From: a virus
Virus record (IMG/VR): IMGVR_UViG_3300031669_000066
Span: 1-43,920 of that record
Direction: 5' to 3' (one strand)
Length of the DNA: 43,920 nt
Below, piece after piece: positions 6,705-16,477 of this stretch. The position numbers were made by a program, and so were the translations under genes. The notes under the pieces are model-generated. The model did not search any database. It was not told where the DNA came from and saw only the letters and a program-made list of their open reading frames with translations. Position 1 is the first letter of the stretch. Every line of letters starts with the position of its first letter.

Positions 6705-6958
6705 AAGGAAAATTACTTTGCCTTCCAAATGCCTCTGTAGAAGCTATTGAAAAGGGGGGAGAGAAGTCTGCACTGGAAATGTGTCAGGAGGCTTTACAAA
6801 AGAGTGGGGAAGAAAGATTGCAGAATGTATTGATCCTTGGATTCGATGAGCAGGGTAACTTTCTGGTCCAAGCTTCAGAAAATACTTCCATATCTCACAG
6901 TGCATTACTGCTGACACTCACTCAAGCTTATTTAGCGACTGCTTATAATGGCAGTTAG
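6701..6958 (+). CDS. Hypothetical protein (85 aa)
   Basis: Overlaps both neighbours; no motif recognised. Confidence 0.55.
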   Translation: MKGKLLCLPNASVEAIEKGGEKSALEMCQEALQKSGEERLQNVLILGFDEQGNFLVQASENTSISHSALLLTLTQAYLATAYNGS

Positions 6959-8411
6959 CCTCACTCCAGACCTCATCGAGGCTTTCTCAGCGGCCTATCT
7001 TTCTGCAGGCTATGATGATGCTAAACCCACCCCACAATTCCATAGGAACAGCTGGGCACTCTATTGCAGTGAGGTAAAGCAAGCAGCTGTAGCAGCCCCT
7101 CGTGGCCACGCCAAGTCCACCGCCCTCACACATGATTACGTCCTGGCCAGCGTGCTCTTCGAAGTTGATGACTACGTTATCCTTATCAGTACCAACGAAG
7201 AACTCGCCATTGAGCACCTCGGGGATATAACCAGGGAACTCGTCGAGAATGAGGACATTATCACTGACTTCAAGATTAAGGGCTTCGTCACGAATTCGAA
7301 GACTGAAATCATTGTGGAGATGGGAGATGGCCATCAGTTCCGAATTCTCGCACGAGGCTCTGGTCAGAAGATGCGAGGGAGAAAGTGGCGGGGGAGTCGT
7401 CCCGGCCTGATCGTATGCGATGACCTCGAAGACGACGAACAGGTCGAAAACAAAGAGCGCAGGGATAAGTTCCGACGCTGGTTCTTCCGAGCGGTAAAGC
7501 CAGCACTGCGCAGAGGGGGCAAGCTTCGTATTCACGGTACAATCTTGCACGAAGACTCCCTTCTCGCTCGCTTAATGAAAGACAACGAGTGGCAGACGCT
7601 TTTCTATAAAGCTCACAAATCCTTCGATGACTTTTCTGAAATCCTTTGGCCGGAGCAGTTCTCTGAGGAAGACCTTCGAAGCATCCGACAAGGCTTCATT
7701 GAGCAGTTTGACTCCTCTGGCTACTCTCAAGAATATCTCAATGACCCATTTGATAATACTGAAGCTTACCTCAAGAAAGAGTACTTCATCCCAATGGAAC
7801 CTGAGGATTTCGAGCGACCTGTCTGCACTGTTGTAGGCATCGACTTTGCCATTTCCAAAAAGGATAAAGCCAACCGTACCTCAATGACTGTAGCTGGGCA
7901 GACCGATGAAAACGTCCTCCTCTTCTATGATCAGCATGTTGATCGCTGGGCTACTGATGAAATCATTGAAGAAATGTTCATTATTGAAGAAATGCACGCT
8001 CCCTATTGCTTTTTCGTAGAGGACGGGGTAATTTGGAAAGCAATCGAGCCGATCTTGAACCAGGAAATGATGCTTCGTGAGAGGTTTCTGAACTGCATTC
8101 CTGTTAGTGCCATGCGGGACAAGGCTACGAAAGGCCGGAGTTGGCAGAAGCGGATGAAAGCTGGGGCATGCAGATTCGATAACGAGGCACACTGGTATGC
8201 AGCTTACGAGCATGAATGCCTACGCTTCACAGGGTATAGTGATGCTGTACTCGATGACCAGTTTGATTCCTCAGCCATTATTAGCAGGGGTGTGGATCAG
8301 CTCCCCCTGCAGGATGAAGAAACCTATATGGATGAGGATGAACTGTATCAGCGTGGCCACGGCCCGGCCCAGTATATTGACAGCGGACGCTCAGGTACCA
8401 CAGGGTACTGA
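6948..8411 (+). CDS. terL: Terminase large subunit
   Basis: Walker A-like AAPRGHAKST, Walker B LIVCDDLED, nuclease-domain acidic motif VVGIDFA; size and position. Confidence 0.9.
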   Translation: MAVSLTPDLIEAFSAAYLSAGYDDAKPTPQFHRNSWALYCSEVKQAAVAAPRGHAKSTALTHDYVLASVLFEVDDYVILISTNEELAIEHLGDITRELVENEDIITDFKIKGFVTNSKTEIIVEMGDGHQFRILARGSGQKMRGRKWRGSRPGLIVCDDLEDDEQVENKERRDKFRRWFFRAVKPALRRGGKLRIHGTILHEDSLLARLMKDNEWQTLFYKAHKSFDDFSEILWPEQFSEEDLRSIRQGFIEQFDSSGYSQEYLNDPFDNTEAYLKKEYFIPMEPEDFERPVCTVVGIDFAISKKDKANRTSMTVAGQTDENVLLFYDQHVDRWATDEIIEEMFIIEEMHAPYCFFVEDGVIWKAIEPILNQEMMLRERFLNCIPVSAMRDKATKGRSWQKRMKAGACRFDNEAHWYAAYEHECLRFTGYSDAVLDDQFDSSAIISRGVDQLPLQDEETYMDEDELYQRGHGPAQYIDSGRSGTTGY

Positions 8412-8427
8412 GACATGATTATCACTA

Positions 8428-10719
8428 TTGCAGGTAGAACTAATGCGCACATACGCTGAATCTGGGGAAGGTGGAGTGAAGCTGGCACTTGAGGAGATTA
8501 TTAAGTCTTCCAATGTGGCCAAGAGTATTTCAGAGGATCTCCTGGATTCTGTTGGGATGACTGTTTCTTTGGGATACCGTGCTGACGTTGCTTCCCGAGA
8601 GGAATGGGAACAGCGCATGGAGAAGGCAATCAAGCTTGCCCTGCAAGTTCAAGAGAGTAAGAGCTTCCCCTGGCAAGATTGCAGCAATGTGAAATTCCCT
8701 CTAGTGACCATTGCGGTACTGCAGTTCCTCGCCCGTATCTCCCTGATGACAAAAGGTTCCAAGCTCGCAAAGGTCAAGACCATCGGCAAAGATCCCCTGG
8801 GAAAGAAGTCCCAGATTGCCTCACAGATCTCCGAACACCTCTCACTGCAGCTCGCGGAGTTTAGTCCGAACTGGGTTGAAGAGGATGAGCAAGCCAAACT
8901 CGCTGCAGCTATCCTCGGAAGCGCTTTCAAGAAAACCTACTATGATGCAATCTCCGGCCAAGTGATCTCAGAACACATCCCTATTGCGAACTTCGTCGTG
9001 GATTACTATACCAAGGATATTGCAAAGGCTCGCCGTGCAACTCAACGTATTTTCATGTCAGGTAATGATATTCAGGAACGGGTAGCCAGCGGGATCTTCC
9101 TTGATGTAGGGGAAGAGGTTCTTGCCGGGGCCGCAGATCCTACCGTGAATTTCCTGCAGCAAGGAACAAATGAAGCCGAGGGTATCCGCCCCATGAGGGA
9201 AGAGTCCTTCGCAATGTATGAAGTGTTGGAACAGCATTGCTGGCTTGATCTGGACGGCGATGGCTATGAGGAGCCTTATGTTGTCTCAGTACTGGAGAAA
9301 AATTCCAAAGTCCTTCGTATCCTGGCGCGCTTCACTGACACTGGTGACGTGCATCGGGTGAACGACACCGCAGTGCAGCAGCTTGAATCAATGGCAAAAG
9401 AGAGCGAGGATGTTAAGCGGAGTTCGTCACTGGAACGACAGGCAGAGCGACTTGATAAAGCACCAGACAATCATATCATTAGAATTGACCCAATTCAGTA
9501 CTTTACCCGATACTTGTTCATTCCAAGCCCTGATGGTGGGATTTATGGCCTTGGCTTTGGCTCCTTGCTTGGCCCCCTGAATGAATCCGTGGATACGCTT
9601 GTCAATCAGCTCATCGACTCCGGTACAATGGCGAATACCGCTGGCGGTTTCCTGGGGCGTGGTGTGAAGATTAAAGGGGGTGTAACGAGCTTCAGCCCCT
9701 TCGAATGGAAACCTATTGACTCTCCAGGTGCTGACATCCGTCAGAATATCTTTCCATTGCCCGTGCGTGAGCCAAGTAACGTGCTCTTCCAACTGTTGGG
9801 ACTTCTTGTCTCTTACAGCGAGAAGGTGGGATCGTCAACTGATATAATGACTGGTGTAAGCCCAGGTCAGAACACCCCGGCAGAGACTTCTCGTAATACT
9901 GTTGAGCAGGGCATGATGCTCTTCAGTGGAATTTACGCTCGTATGTACCGCTGCTTCCGAGGGGAGCTGCAAAAGTTCTATCGCTTAAACCAATTATACT
10001 TCCACTCCTCACCGAATTTCTTCGAACTCACCCAGAGTGAGAATGCAATCATCAGCAAAGATGCCTACTCTGGCGAAAGCTTCTTCATCTACCCTGCAGC
10101 AAGCCCAGATGCGGTCAGTCTCACCCAACTTCGGGAGAAAGCTGCGATGCTGGTGAAGCTTGCGCAAGTTGAACCCGGCTTTAATCGCTATCTTGCAGTG
10201 CGGAAGATGCTTGAAGCGTATGACTACGAAGACATTGATCAGCTCTTCCCAGATCCGAAGGGGCCAAATCCAATTGCCCCTGTAATTCCGCCGAAGATTC
10301 AGATCGAGCAGGCTAAGCTGAAGCAGTCCCAGCAAGAACACCAAGACAATATGACCTTGGCCGTTGCGAAGTTGCAAGAATCCATCAAGGTCAGTGAGGC
10401 TACGATTCAGGAACTGGAAGCGAAAGCCGCAATGGAGATGGCCAAGGCCAATGGTACTGAAGTTGGGCACCAACTGGCCCTTCTGGACGCACAAATTGGG
10501 GCTGAGAAGTCCCATAAACAGAGTTTGATGGATGCCGCTGAGCTTATGCACAGGGTAAACATCGACCACCAGCAGCTTGCATTAGCTAGAGGCAAGCAGC
10601 ACCACGAGCAACAAGCTCACCAACCGTCAGGAGCAATAGAGAATGGCAACAGTAACAGCAACAATGCAGCGGGAATGGGCACAGAACCCAGTAACCAAGG
10701 AGTTCCTCAAGTCCCTTAA
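8428..10719 (+). CDS. Portal protein (763 aa; start uncertain, TTG 8428 or ATG 8443)
   Basis: Immediately follows terL; size; long helical Gln/Ala-rich C-terminal extension like podovirus portal barrels. Confidence 0.8.
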   Translation: MQVELMRTYAESGEGGVKLALEEIIKSSNVAKSISEDLLDSVGMTVSLGYRADVASREEWEQRMEKAIKLALQVQESKSFPWQDCSNVKFPLVTIAVLQFLARISLMTKGSKLAKVKTIGKDPLGKKSQIASQISEHLSLQLAEFSPNWVEEDEQAKLAAAILGSAFKKTYYDAISGQVISEHIPIANFVVDYYTKDIAKARRATQRIFMSGNDIQERVASGIFLDVGEEVLAGAADPTVNFLQQGTNEAEGIRPMREESFAMYEVLEQHCWLDLDGDGYEEPYVVSVLEKNSKVLRILARFTDTGDVHRVNDTAVQQLESMAKESEDVKRSSSLERQAERLDKAPDNHIIRIDPIQYFTRYLFIPSPDGGIYGLGFGSLLGPLNESVDTLVNQLIDSGTMANTAGGFLGRGVKIKGGVTSFSPFEWKPIDSPGADIRQNIFPLPVREPSNVLFQLLGLLVSYSEKVGSSTDIMTGVSPGQNTPAETSRNTVEQGMMLFSGIYARMYRCFRGELQKFYRLNQLYFHSSPNFFELTQSENAIISKDAYSGESFFIYPAASPDAVSLTQLREKAAMLVKLAQVEPGFNRYLAVRKMLEAYDYEDIDQLFPDPKGPNPIAPVIPPKIQIEQAKLKQSQQEHQDNMTLAVAKLQESIKVSEATIQELEAKAAMEMAKANGTEVGHQLALLDAQIGAEKSHKQSLMDAAELMHRVNIDHQQLALARGKQHHEQQAHQPSGAIENGNSNSNNAAGMGTEPSNQGVPQVP

Positions 10720-10891
10720 GGATGATCGGGAAGCGGCGAAGGAAAGCTGGGCGGCGGAGCAATTTGTCGCTGCAACAGCAGAAGGTACGATGATGCAGAA
10801 TGCGGCAGCGCTTGGCGGTGTTCGTGTGCTGGATCAGATTATCGAGAATCTGGAAGCATTGAGCAATATTGAAGAAGGAGAAGAAGCATGA
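10643..10891 (+). CDS. Hypothetical head-module protein (82 aa)
   Basis: Overlaps the portal 3' end in another frame and overlaps the next gene (ATGA); acidic C-terminus. Confidence 0.5.
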   Translation: MATVTATMQREWAQNPVTKEFLKSLKDDREAAKESWAAEQFVAATAEGTMMQNAAALGGVRVLDQIIENLEALSNIEEGEEA

Positions 10892-11292
10892 GTACTGACG
10901 CACACACTCCTGAGCAGATTCCAGCAGAAGGTGAAAGGGGCTGGCGCGCCTCCAAAGGTCGCGTAGAAAGCAATCGCAGCGGTTTCCGAGCTTGCGGCCA
11001 CCGAGTCCTTCTTCTTGGTGCGCAGCTGGAAGAAACCACTGCTGCGGGCATCGTGCTCCTCTCCAAGACTGCAGAGGCCGAACTCAACCATTCAGTCATC
11101 GCAACGGTTATCGAAATCGGCCATGATGCCTGGAGCGATAAGAGCACGGACTTTTGCAAAGTCGGGGATCGCGTCCTTGTTGGTCAGTACGTGGGTAAGT
11201 TCCACACCTCTGAGGTTGATAAGAAGACTTATCGCTTCGTGAATGACCTTGACATCATCACAGTACTCGAAGCCCCTGAAGTTGCTGGATAG
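10888..11292 (+). CDS. GroES/Cpn10-like co-chaperonin
   Basis: By-eye alignment with GroES: [26 protein letters not shown] / [37 protein letters not shown] / [21 protein letters not shown] / ESDILAIVE. Confidence 0.65.
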   Translation: [134 protein letters not shown]

Positions 11293-11335
11293 TTGCCAGT
11301 AAGGTGTGCGCAGAGTAGTGTTAATTTTAACGGGG

Positions 11336-11375
11336 AAAGTTGCCTGTATTACTCTAGAGTAACGCAGGCTAGTAA
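11336..11375. repeat. Palindrome family copy 4 (core TTACTCTAGAGTAA 11349..11362)
   Basis: Between the GroES-like and scaffold genes; 25 nt upstream of the ATG at 11400. Confidence 0.95.
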
Positions 11376-11399
11376 CTCCCAGAGCCAGAGAGATATATC

Positions 11400-12302
11400 A
11401 TGCCTATTGATCCAGTAGAACAAGTCCGACAATTGAGCCTTGACCTTGGGGTGCAGGATGACCCGGCTCCAGCAGATGCAGGAGAAGATGAAGGTACCGC
11501 AGCCGCCCCCCAGAGCAATGGTCGGAACTATGAATCCGAAGCCATCTCCAAAGGCTGGGTTCCAGAGTCGGAATTCAAAGACGACCCTTCCAAGTGGGTG
11601 GATGCAGAAACCTTTGTAAAGCGCGGTGAACGCTTCAACAAGAACCTGCAGCGTGAGGTAGCAGAACTCAAAGCTACCATCGAGTCCTTCAAGGGTACGC
11701 AGGCGAAGGCTGTGAAGTTCTACGAAGAGGCCATTGCGCGGAAGACGGCAGAAAATGCTGAAACCATGAAGCAACTCCGAATCGCCCGCAGTGAGGCTCA
11801 GCGGAACGGGGAAGATGAGACTGTTGTTGATATTGAAGATCGCATCGAGGCCCTGAAGAAGCAGCAGGCGGAAGTAGAGGCAGTCGAGGCCCCGCAAGGA
11901 CTTGATCCCAAAGCAACAGATCCTACCACCAACCCCATCCTGCAAGAGTGGATCGAAGACGGTAACGACTGGTTCAATGACTACCCTGAAGTTCGGGAGA
12001 TTGCATTAGCCCTCGGTGAGAAGATGGTTGCAGCAGGAGAGAAGGCTCGCGGCCGCCCCTTCCTTGATAAGATCACCGAAGCAATGAAGGTACAATTCCC
12101 ACGGAAACTGGGTAAGGCTAAGGTTGCCAATCCGCAGCGAATTGAGGGAAGCAGCTCGAATGCCTCAACTTCCTCAGTCTCCGTGAATGGCAAGACCGCT
12201 CGCGATCTTCCTGAAGAAGACCAGAAGCTGATGAAGCAATTCATCCGTGAAGGCTGGGTGAAAGATGAAAAGACCTACCTCGAAAGCTACTTCTCCCGGT
12301 AA
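11400..12302 (+). CDS. Scaffolding protein (300 aa)
   Basis: Acidic, Glu/Lys/Ala-rich coiled-coil composition; position between portal and capsid genes. Confidence 0.65.
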   Translation: MPIDPVEQVRQLSLDLGVQDDPAPADAGEDEGTAAAPQSNGRNYESEAISKGWVPESEFKDDPSKWVDAETFVKRGERFNKNLQREVAELKATIESFKGTQAKAVKFYEEAIARKTAENAETMKQLRIARSEAQRNGEDETVVDIEDRIEALKKQQAEVEAVEAPQGLDPKATDPTTNPILQEWIEDGNDWFNDYPEVREIALALGEKMVAAGEKARGRPFLDKITEAMKVQFPRKLGKAKVANPQRIEGSSSNASTSSVSVNGKTARDLPEEDQKLMKQFIREGWVKDEKTYLESYFSR

Positions 12303-12341
12303 CGATAGACATAACCCACTTCCAACATAGGTATAGAGATC

Positions 12342-12836
12342 ATGGCACTTGCAAAAAATGAAACCCCGGTAAAAGCGGCACGTTCTGATGAGGAGCGGGC
12401 AGCACTGGTCGAGCGTACACGAGAGGCTAACTTCGGTGGCCCTCGTATGAAGCTCGCAGTTCAGGGGGAGATTCCTGGCTACCATCTTTACTGGGAAAAT
12501 GATGATGGTTCTGGAGCTATTGAGCAGCTACTCTACGAAGGCTTTGAATTCGTAACTCAGGGAGAAGTCTCTCTGACAAGCCATATTGTCGCAGATAGCG
12601 ACCTCACCAGTCGAGTAAGTCGCTATGCGGGGAAACAAACCGATGGCTCCCCAATGCGGGCTTACCTGATGAAGTGCCCAGAGGAAGTTTGGGCTGTGCG
12701 GGAAGAAAGTCGTCTAGCACAAGCTGACTCTTGGGATCGAGACATCAAGCGCCGCCTGGATGAACCAGATCGTGGGAACTACAAGCCCACTGGTGCAACA
12801 GGCAGCATCAACACCAAATATCGTAAGGAGTATTAA
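12342..12836 (+). CDS. Capsid-module protein (164 aa), function unknown
   Basis: Long ORF with SD, between scaffold and capsid genes. Confidence 0.6.
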   Translation: MALAKNETPVKAARSDEERAALVERTREANFGGPRMKLAVQGEIPGYHLYWENDDGSGAIEQLLYEGFEFVTQGEVSLTSHIVADSDLTSRVSRYAGKQTDGSPMRAYLMKCPEEVWAVREESRLAQADSWDRDIKRRLDEPDRGNYKPTGATGSINTKYRKEY

Positions 12837-12839
12837 CAG

Positions 12840-13445
12840 ATGGCTAATGTAGTCTCTCAATACGGCTTTGTTCCGGAGAAGTACCTCAATGGTGCGGCCT
12901 GGAATGGAGCTGTAAACCTGTACCACATCCCCAGTACTGATGGCAGTCAATTCAACGTAGGTGATCCTGTGGTTTCCGTGGCGGGTGCCGATGCCAATGG
13001 TGTTGCCTCTGTTGCGAAAGCTATTGGTACCGCAACAGTTCGCGGTGTGATTGTTGGTTGCTTGCCTATTGCACCGGGTAATCCAAGCTTTGTCGGCACC
13101 AATATCGACCTGACCCTTCAGAATATCCCCGCAACCAAGACCAAGGACTACTACGTTCTGGTCTGCGATGATCCGAAGGTTGTGTTCAAGGTCAAAGATG
13201 ATGGTCTGGCTGCATTGACCGCTACGGCAGTCGGTAAGAACGCCTCCTTCACCGTTGCAAACCCGATTTCGCCTTCCCAGAAGTCTGCCTCTGTACTGGC
13301 AACCGGCACTGTAGCCACCACCAACACCTTGAACCTCAAGATTCTCGGCTTGGTACAAGAACCCAACAACGCATTCGGCGCAAATGCTGCCTGGATGGTG
13401 ATCTTCAACGAACACGAACTTAACGGCAACACTTCCGGCGTGTAA
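12840..13445 (+). CDS. Capsid-module structural protein (201 aa; possible decoration/auxiliary protein)
   Basis: Gly/Ala/Val/Thr-rich beta-type composition; directly upstream of the major capsid gene. Confidence 0.55.
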   Translation: MANVVSQYGFVPEKYLNGAAWNGAVNLYHIPSTDGSQFNVGDPVVSVAGADANGVASVAKAIGTATVRGVIVGCLPIAPGNPSFVGTNIDLTLQNIPATKTKDYYVLVCDDPKVVFKVKDDGLAALTATAVGKNASFTVANPISPSQKSASVLATGTVATTNTLNLKILGLVQEPNNAFGANAAWMVIFNEHELNGNTSGV

Positions 13446-13488
13446 TCGCGGCAGTACGATAGCCTTAACCAACTAAGAGGAACTTGCA

Positions 13489-14403
13489 ATGCCAGTTATT
13501 ACCAGTACCGCCGCCTATCCCAAAGGTCTCTGGCCTGGGGTGAAATCATGGTGGGATTCAGCAGCTGCAGCTACACCACAGTACGCTCCACTGATGTACA
13601 AGAAAGAAACTTCCGACAAGAACTACGAAGAGTATGTTCAAAGCGTAGGCTTGGCCTTGGCAATTGTGAAGCCGGAAGGCTCTCCTATTGCCTTTGATGG
13701 CCCGCAACAGGGCTTCGTGACTCGTGGTACCAACGTGGCTTATGGCCTGGGTGTTATCACAACCTATGAAGAACTCAAGGATAACTTGTACGTCAAGTTG
13801 ACAAAGGATCGTGTTGAGAAACTGCGTCGTGCATTTGCAGAAACAAAGAACATCAATGCCACCAATATCTTCAACCGCGCATTTACCTCAGGGTACGTCG
13901 GTGGTGATGGTGTGACCCTGCTCAACACAGCCCACCCGAACTTCTCTGGCGGTACCTGGGCGAACAAGTTCACCGTGGACTCTGCGTTGTCCCAAGCTGC
14001 TGTCGAAGACATGCTTATTTTGATGATGCAGGCGAAGAATGACCGTGGGTACATTGAGCCGCTGACAGGCGACAAGCTCATTGTGCATCCGAACAATATC
14101 TTCAATGCGGAACGTATCCTGGGCACCCCACAGGCCGTTGGCACCAACAACAACGACATCAATCCTCTGCATGGCCGCAGTCGCCTGCGTGGCGGTATTG
14201 TTGATAACCCGTACCTGACCGGAACTGGACCTTGGTTCATCAACACCAACTGCCCTGATGGCATGATCTGGCAAGAGCGGGAGACACTCGATATCTGGGA
14301 AGATAACGACGCAGACACCCGGAACTTCAAGGTCGGCGCATACGAACGCTATACATTCCTGTGGGGCAATCCACGTGGTCTGTACGGCAGCAACGCGGCC
14401 TAA
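13489..14403 (+). CDS. Major capsid protein (HK97-fold type, 304 aa)
   Basis: Strong SD (AAGAGGAA); YEEYVQSVGLALAIVKPEGSPIAFD and TYEELKDN resemble HK97-type capsid motifs; followed by hairpin plus T-run. Confidence 0.7.
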   Translation: MPVITSTAAYPKGLWPGVKSWWDSAAAATPQYAPLMYKKETSDKNYEEYVQSVGLALAIVKPEGSPIAFDGPQQGFVTRGTNVAYGLGVITTYEELKDNLYVKLTKDRVEKLRRAFAETKNINATNIFNRAFTSGYVGGDGVTLLNTAHPNFSGGTWANKFTVDSALSQAAVEDMLILMMQAKNDRGYIEPLTGDKLIVHPNNIFNAERILGTPQAVGTNNNDINPLHGRSRLRGGIVDNPYLTGTGPWFINTNCPDGMIWQERETLDIWEDNDADTRNFKVGAYERYTFLWGNPRGLYGSNAA

Positions 14404-14413
14404 CTGAGTAAGA

Positions 14414-14465
14414 GGGGAAATTAGCCTGTATTACTCCCGAGTAATGCGGGCAAATAACCCCTTTT
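14414..14465 (+). terminator. Possible attenuator/terminator: copy 5 extended by GGGG/CCCC and followed by TTTT
   Basis: gggg(14414..14417) pairs with cccc(14458..14461), then tttt(14462..14465); downstream of the capsid gene. Confidence 0.4.
14418..14457. repeat. Palindrome family copy 5 (core TTACTCCCGAGTAA 14431..14444)
   Basis: aaattagcctgtattactcc|cgagtaatgcgggcaaataa; 15 nt after the capsid stop codon. Confidence 0.95.
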
Positions 14466-14484
14466 CTATTACTGAGGAACAAAT

Positions 14485-15201
14485 ATGAGCACACCTTCTC
14501 AAGTCTCCCGTTCCCCGAACGGCCTTACTAACTCAACCCCTGATGATTTGCTGAAGGACTTCCCAATTCAGTGGCATCTGAAAAAGCTCATCTCCCGCGA
14601 GACGGATTTTGACCGTTATCGTGCAGCAGACTGGACAGCAACTGTTGTGGGTACTGGTACTGCGACTCAGATCAATGAAGTCGGTGGAGTTCTTCGCCTC
14701 GCAACTTCAGCTGGTGCTACTGATGCCGTGTACCTTGACCGCATTGGTGAATGCTACCAGTTTACCGCAGGTCTCAAAGCCTGGTTCCGCAGCCGATTTC
14801 GTGTAAGTGATGCCACCAATACTGAACTGGTAGCTGGCCTGCAGATTACCGATGCCGCTCCAATGGCGGTCTCTGATGGTGTCTACTTCCACAAACCAAG
14901 TGCAGGCACCCGCCTCTACCTGGTGCAGATCAGTGCAGCTACTGGAGCAACCACCACCAAGGATACTGGTGTTGACCTTGTTGCGAGTACCTATATGGAT
15001 GCTGGCTTCTCCTACGACGGCGTTGGCAATATCGACTGGGAAATCAAGGACACAACTGGCACCACCGTCGCCAAAGGCAAAGAGGTTGCGAACCTGCCAA
15101 CTGTAACCCTCACGGAATCCTTCGGAGTCCTGAATGCTGCCGCAGCAATCCACGACTTCGACATCGACTACACCTTCGCCGCACAGCAACTCAACCGATA
15201 A
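14485..15201 (+). CDS. Virion structural protein (238 aa), beta-sandwich/jelly-roll-like composition
   Basis: SD GAGGAA; pattern GGVLRLATSAG...KAWFRSRFRVSD...DGVYFHK suggests a lectin/LamG-type fold (inference). Confidence 0.5.
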   Translation: MSTPSQVSRSPNGLTNSTPDDLLKDFPIQWHLKKLISRETDFDRYRAADWTATVVGTGTATQINEVGGVLRLATSAGATDAVYLDRIGECYQFTAGLKAWFRSRFRVSDATNTELVAGLQITDAAPMAVSDGVYFHKPSAGTRLYLVQISAATGATTTKDTGVDLVASTYMDAGFSYDGVGNIDWEIKDTTGTTVAKGKEVANLPTVTLTESFGVLNAAAAIHDFDIDYTFAAQQLNR

Positions 15202-15213
15202 TCTGGAGGACTT

Positions 15214-15621
15214 ATGGCCAACGTAACCTCTGTCCAGATTATCAACGACGGCAGTCGAAATGTCACGCTGAAGGCGGAAGGGATTCTCGATACAGCTGAC
15301 CTTGCCTCCGCTACTCTGGTTGACCCTGCAGTCCTCTTCGGCATGGATAACACTGGAACAGTTAAAGCTTCTAAACTACGGATTAATCGGATAATCTACA
15401 ACGTAGAAGATGGGCTTTCACTGAACCTTGCCTGGGATGGTGCAACGGCAGCGCGAATTGAGCAACTTACTGGTCGAGGGGACATGAAGTTCCACGACTT
15501 CGGCGGTATTACCAACAATGCCACTACACCGACCGGCAAGATCCTCTACAGTACCCAAGGTTGGAGCGCCGGAGCAATCCTGTCCTATTCCCTGGTACTG
15601 GAAATGGTCAAGGAGCAGTAA
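15214..15621 (+). CDS. Virion structural protein (135 aa)
   Basis: SD GGAGGA; beta-rich composition. Confidence 0.5.
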   Translation: MANVTSVQIINDGSRNVTLKAEGILDTADLASATLVDPAVLFGMDNTGTVKASKLRINRIIYNVEDGLSLNLAWDGATAARIEQLTGRGDMKFHDFGGITNNATTPTGKILYSTQGWSAGAILSYSLVLEMVKEQ

Positions 15622-15622
15622 G

Positions 15623-15766
15623 ATGCAAAAAGGTCGTAAGAATATGCCAAAAGCATCCCCTCCGAAAGAACGGAAAGGTACAGTGATTGTCAAGCGTCAG
15701 GAGATGGCAAACCTGATGATGGGCAAAGGCCACAAACCCCGTTCACGTTCAACCCGTAAGGATTAA
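15623..15766 (+). CDS. Small highly basic protein (47 aa, MQKGRKNMPKASPPKERKG...)
   Basis: Internal ATG of track ORF 15518..15766 with AGGAG 7 nt upstream; begins 2 nt after the previous stop. Confidence 0.45.
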   Translation: MQKGRKNMPKASPPKERKGTVIVKRQEMANLMMGKGHKPRSRSTRKD

Positions 15767-15772
15767 CCTGCG

Positions 15773-16477
15773 ATGGCTACAAGTGGAACTACTATCTTCA
15801 CGATGACCCGTGATGAGATTGCGGCAGCAGCATTGCGTAGCTTGGGAGCTTTTGGCCCTCAGGATACAATTCCTGCTACTGACCTCACCACAGCAGCGGA
15901 GGCTCTCAACATCCTTGTCAAGGCCATGTCGATAACAGAGCTTCCTTTGTGGTGCGTCGATGACATAGCAGTTCCTCTGGTTGTCGGTATCGGCACTTAT
16001 GACTTGAGTGCAGCTACCGGCACCACTTTACCACTTCGTGTTCTGGATGCGTACATTCGGAATGCTGCCGGGATGGATCGCACTTTGCAGATCATTTCCC
16101 GCTACGACTATGATACGCTGGGGTATAAGAACGCTCCAGGTGCTCCAACACAGCTCTACTATGACCCGCAACTCGGCTCTGGGAAGGTCACGGTTTATGC
16201 GGTTCCTGCCTATGCCGGGGAAACTCTCCACGTAGTCCTCCAGCGGCAGATTCAGGACTTCAACCTCTCCACGGACAACCCCGACTTCCCTCAGGAGGCT
16301 TTGCGGATGCTTAAGTGGGGGCTGATGGATGAACTCGCCCTTGAGTACCGTACACCACGGAATGAGAGACTGGAAATTAACCAGCGTGCTTTAAGCTACC
16401 GGCAGCAGTTCGAGGCTTCGCTGCAAGAACAAGCCTCGGTAGTCTTTGTCCCTACAACACGGCAGACAGCACGATGA
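15773..16477 (+). CDS. Head-to-tail adaptor, P22 gp4-like
   Basis: N-terminus TRDEIAAAALRSLGAFGPQDTIPATDLTTAAEALNILVKAM parallels P22 gp4 [39 protein letters not shown]. Confidence 0.6.
   Translation: MATSGTTIFTMTRDEIAAAALRSLGAFGPQDTIPATDLTTAAEALNILVKAMSITELPLWCVDDIAVPLVVGIGTYDLSAATGTTLPLRVLDAYIRNAAGMDRTLQIISRYDYDTLGYKNAPGAPTQLYYDPQLGSGKVTVYAVPAYAGETLHVVLQRQIQDFNLSTDNPDFPQEALRMLKWGLMDELALEYRTPRNERLEINQRALSYRQQFEASLQEQASVVFVPTTRQTAR

Noticed and set aside
11341-11370. LexA/SOS-box interpretation of CTGT...ACAG in several palindrome copies
   Set aside because: The spacing is CTGT-N16-ACAG rather than N8, and the CTGT/ACAG positions are not conserved in all copies.
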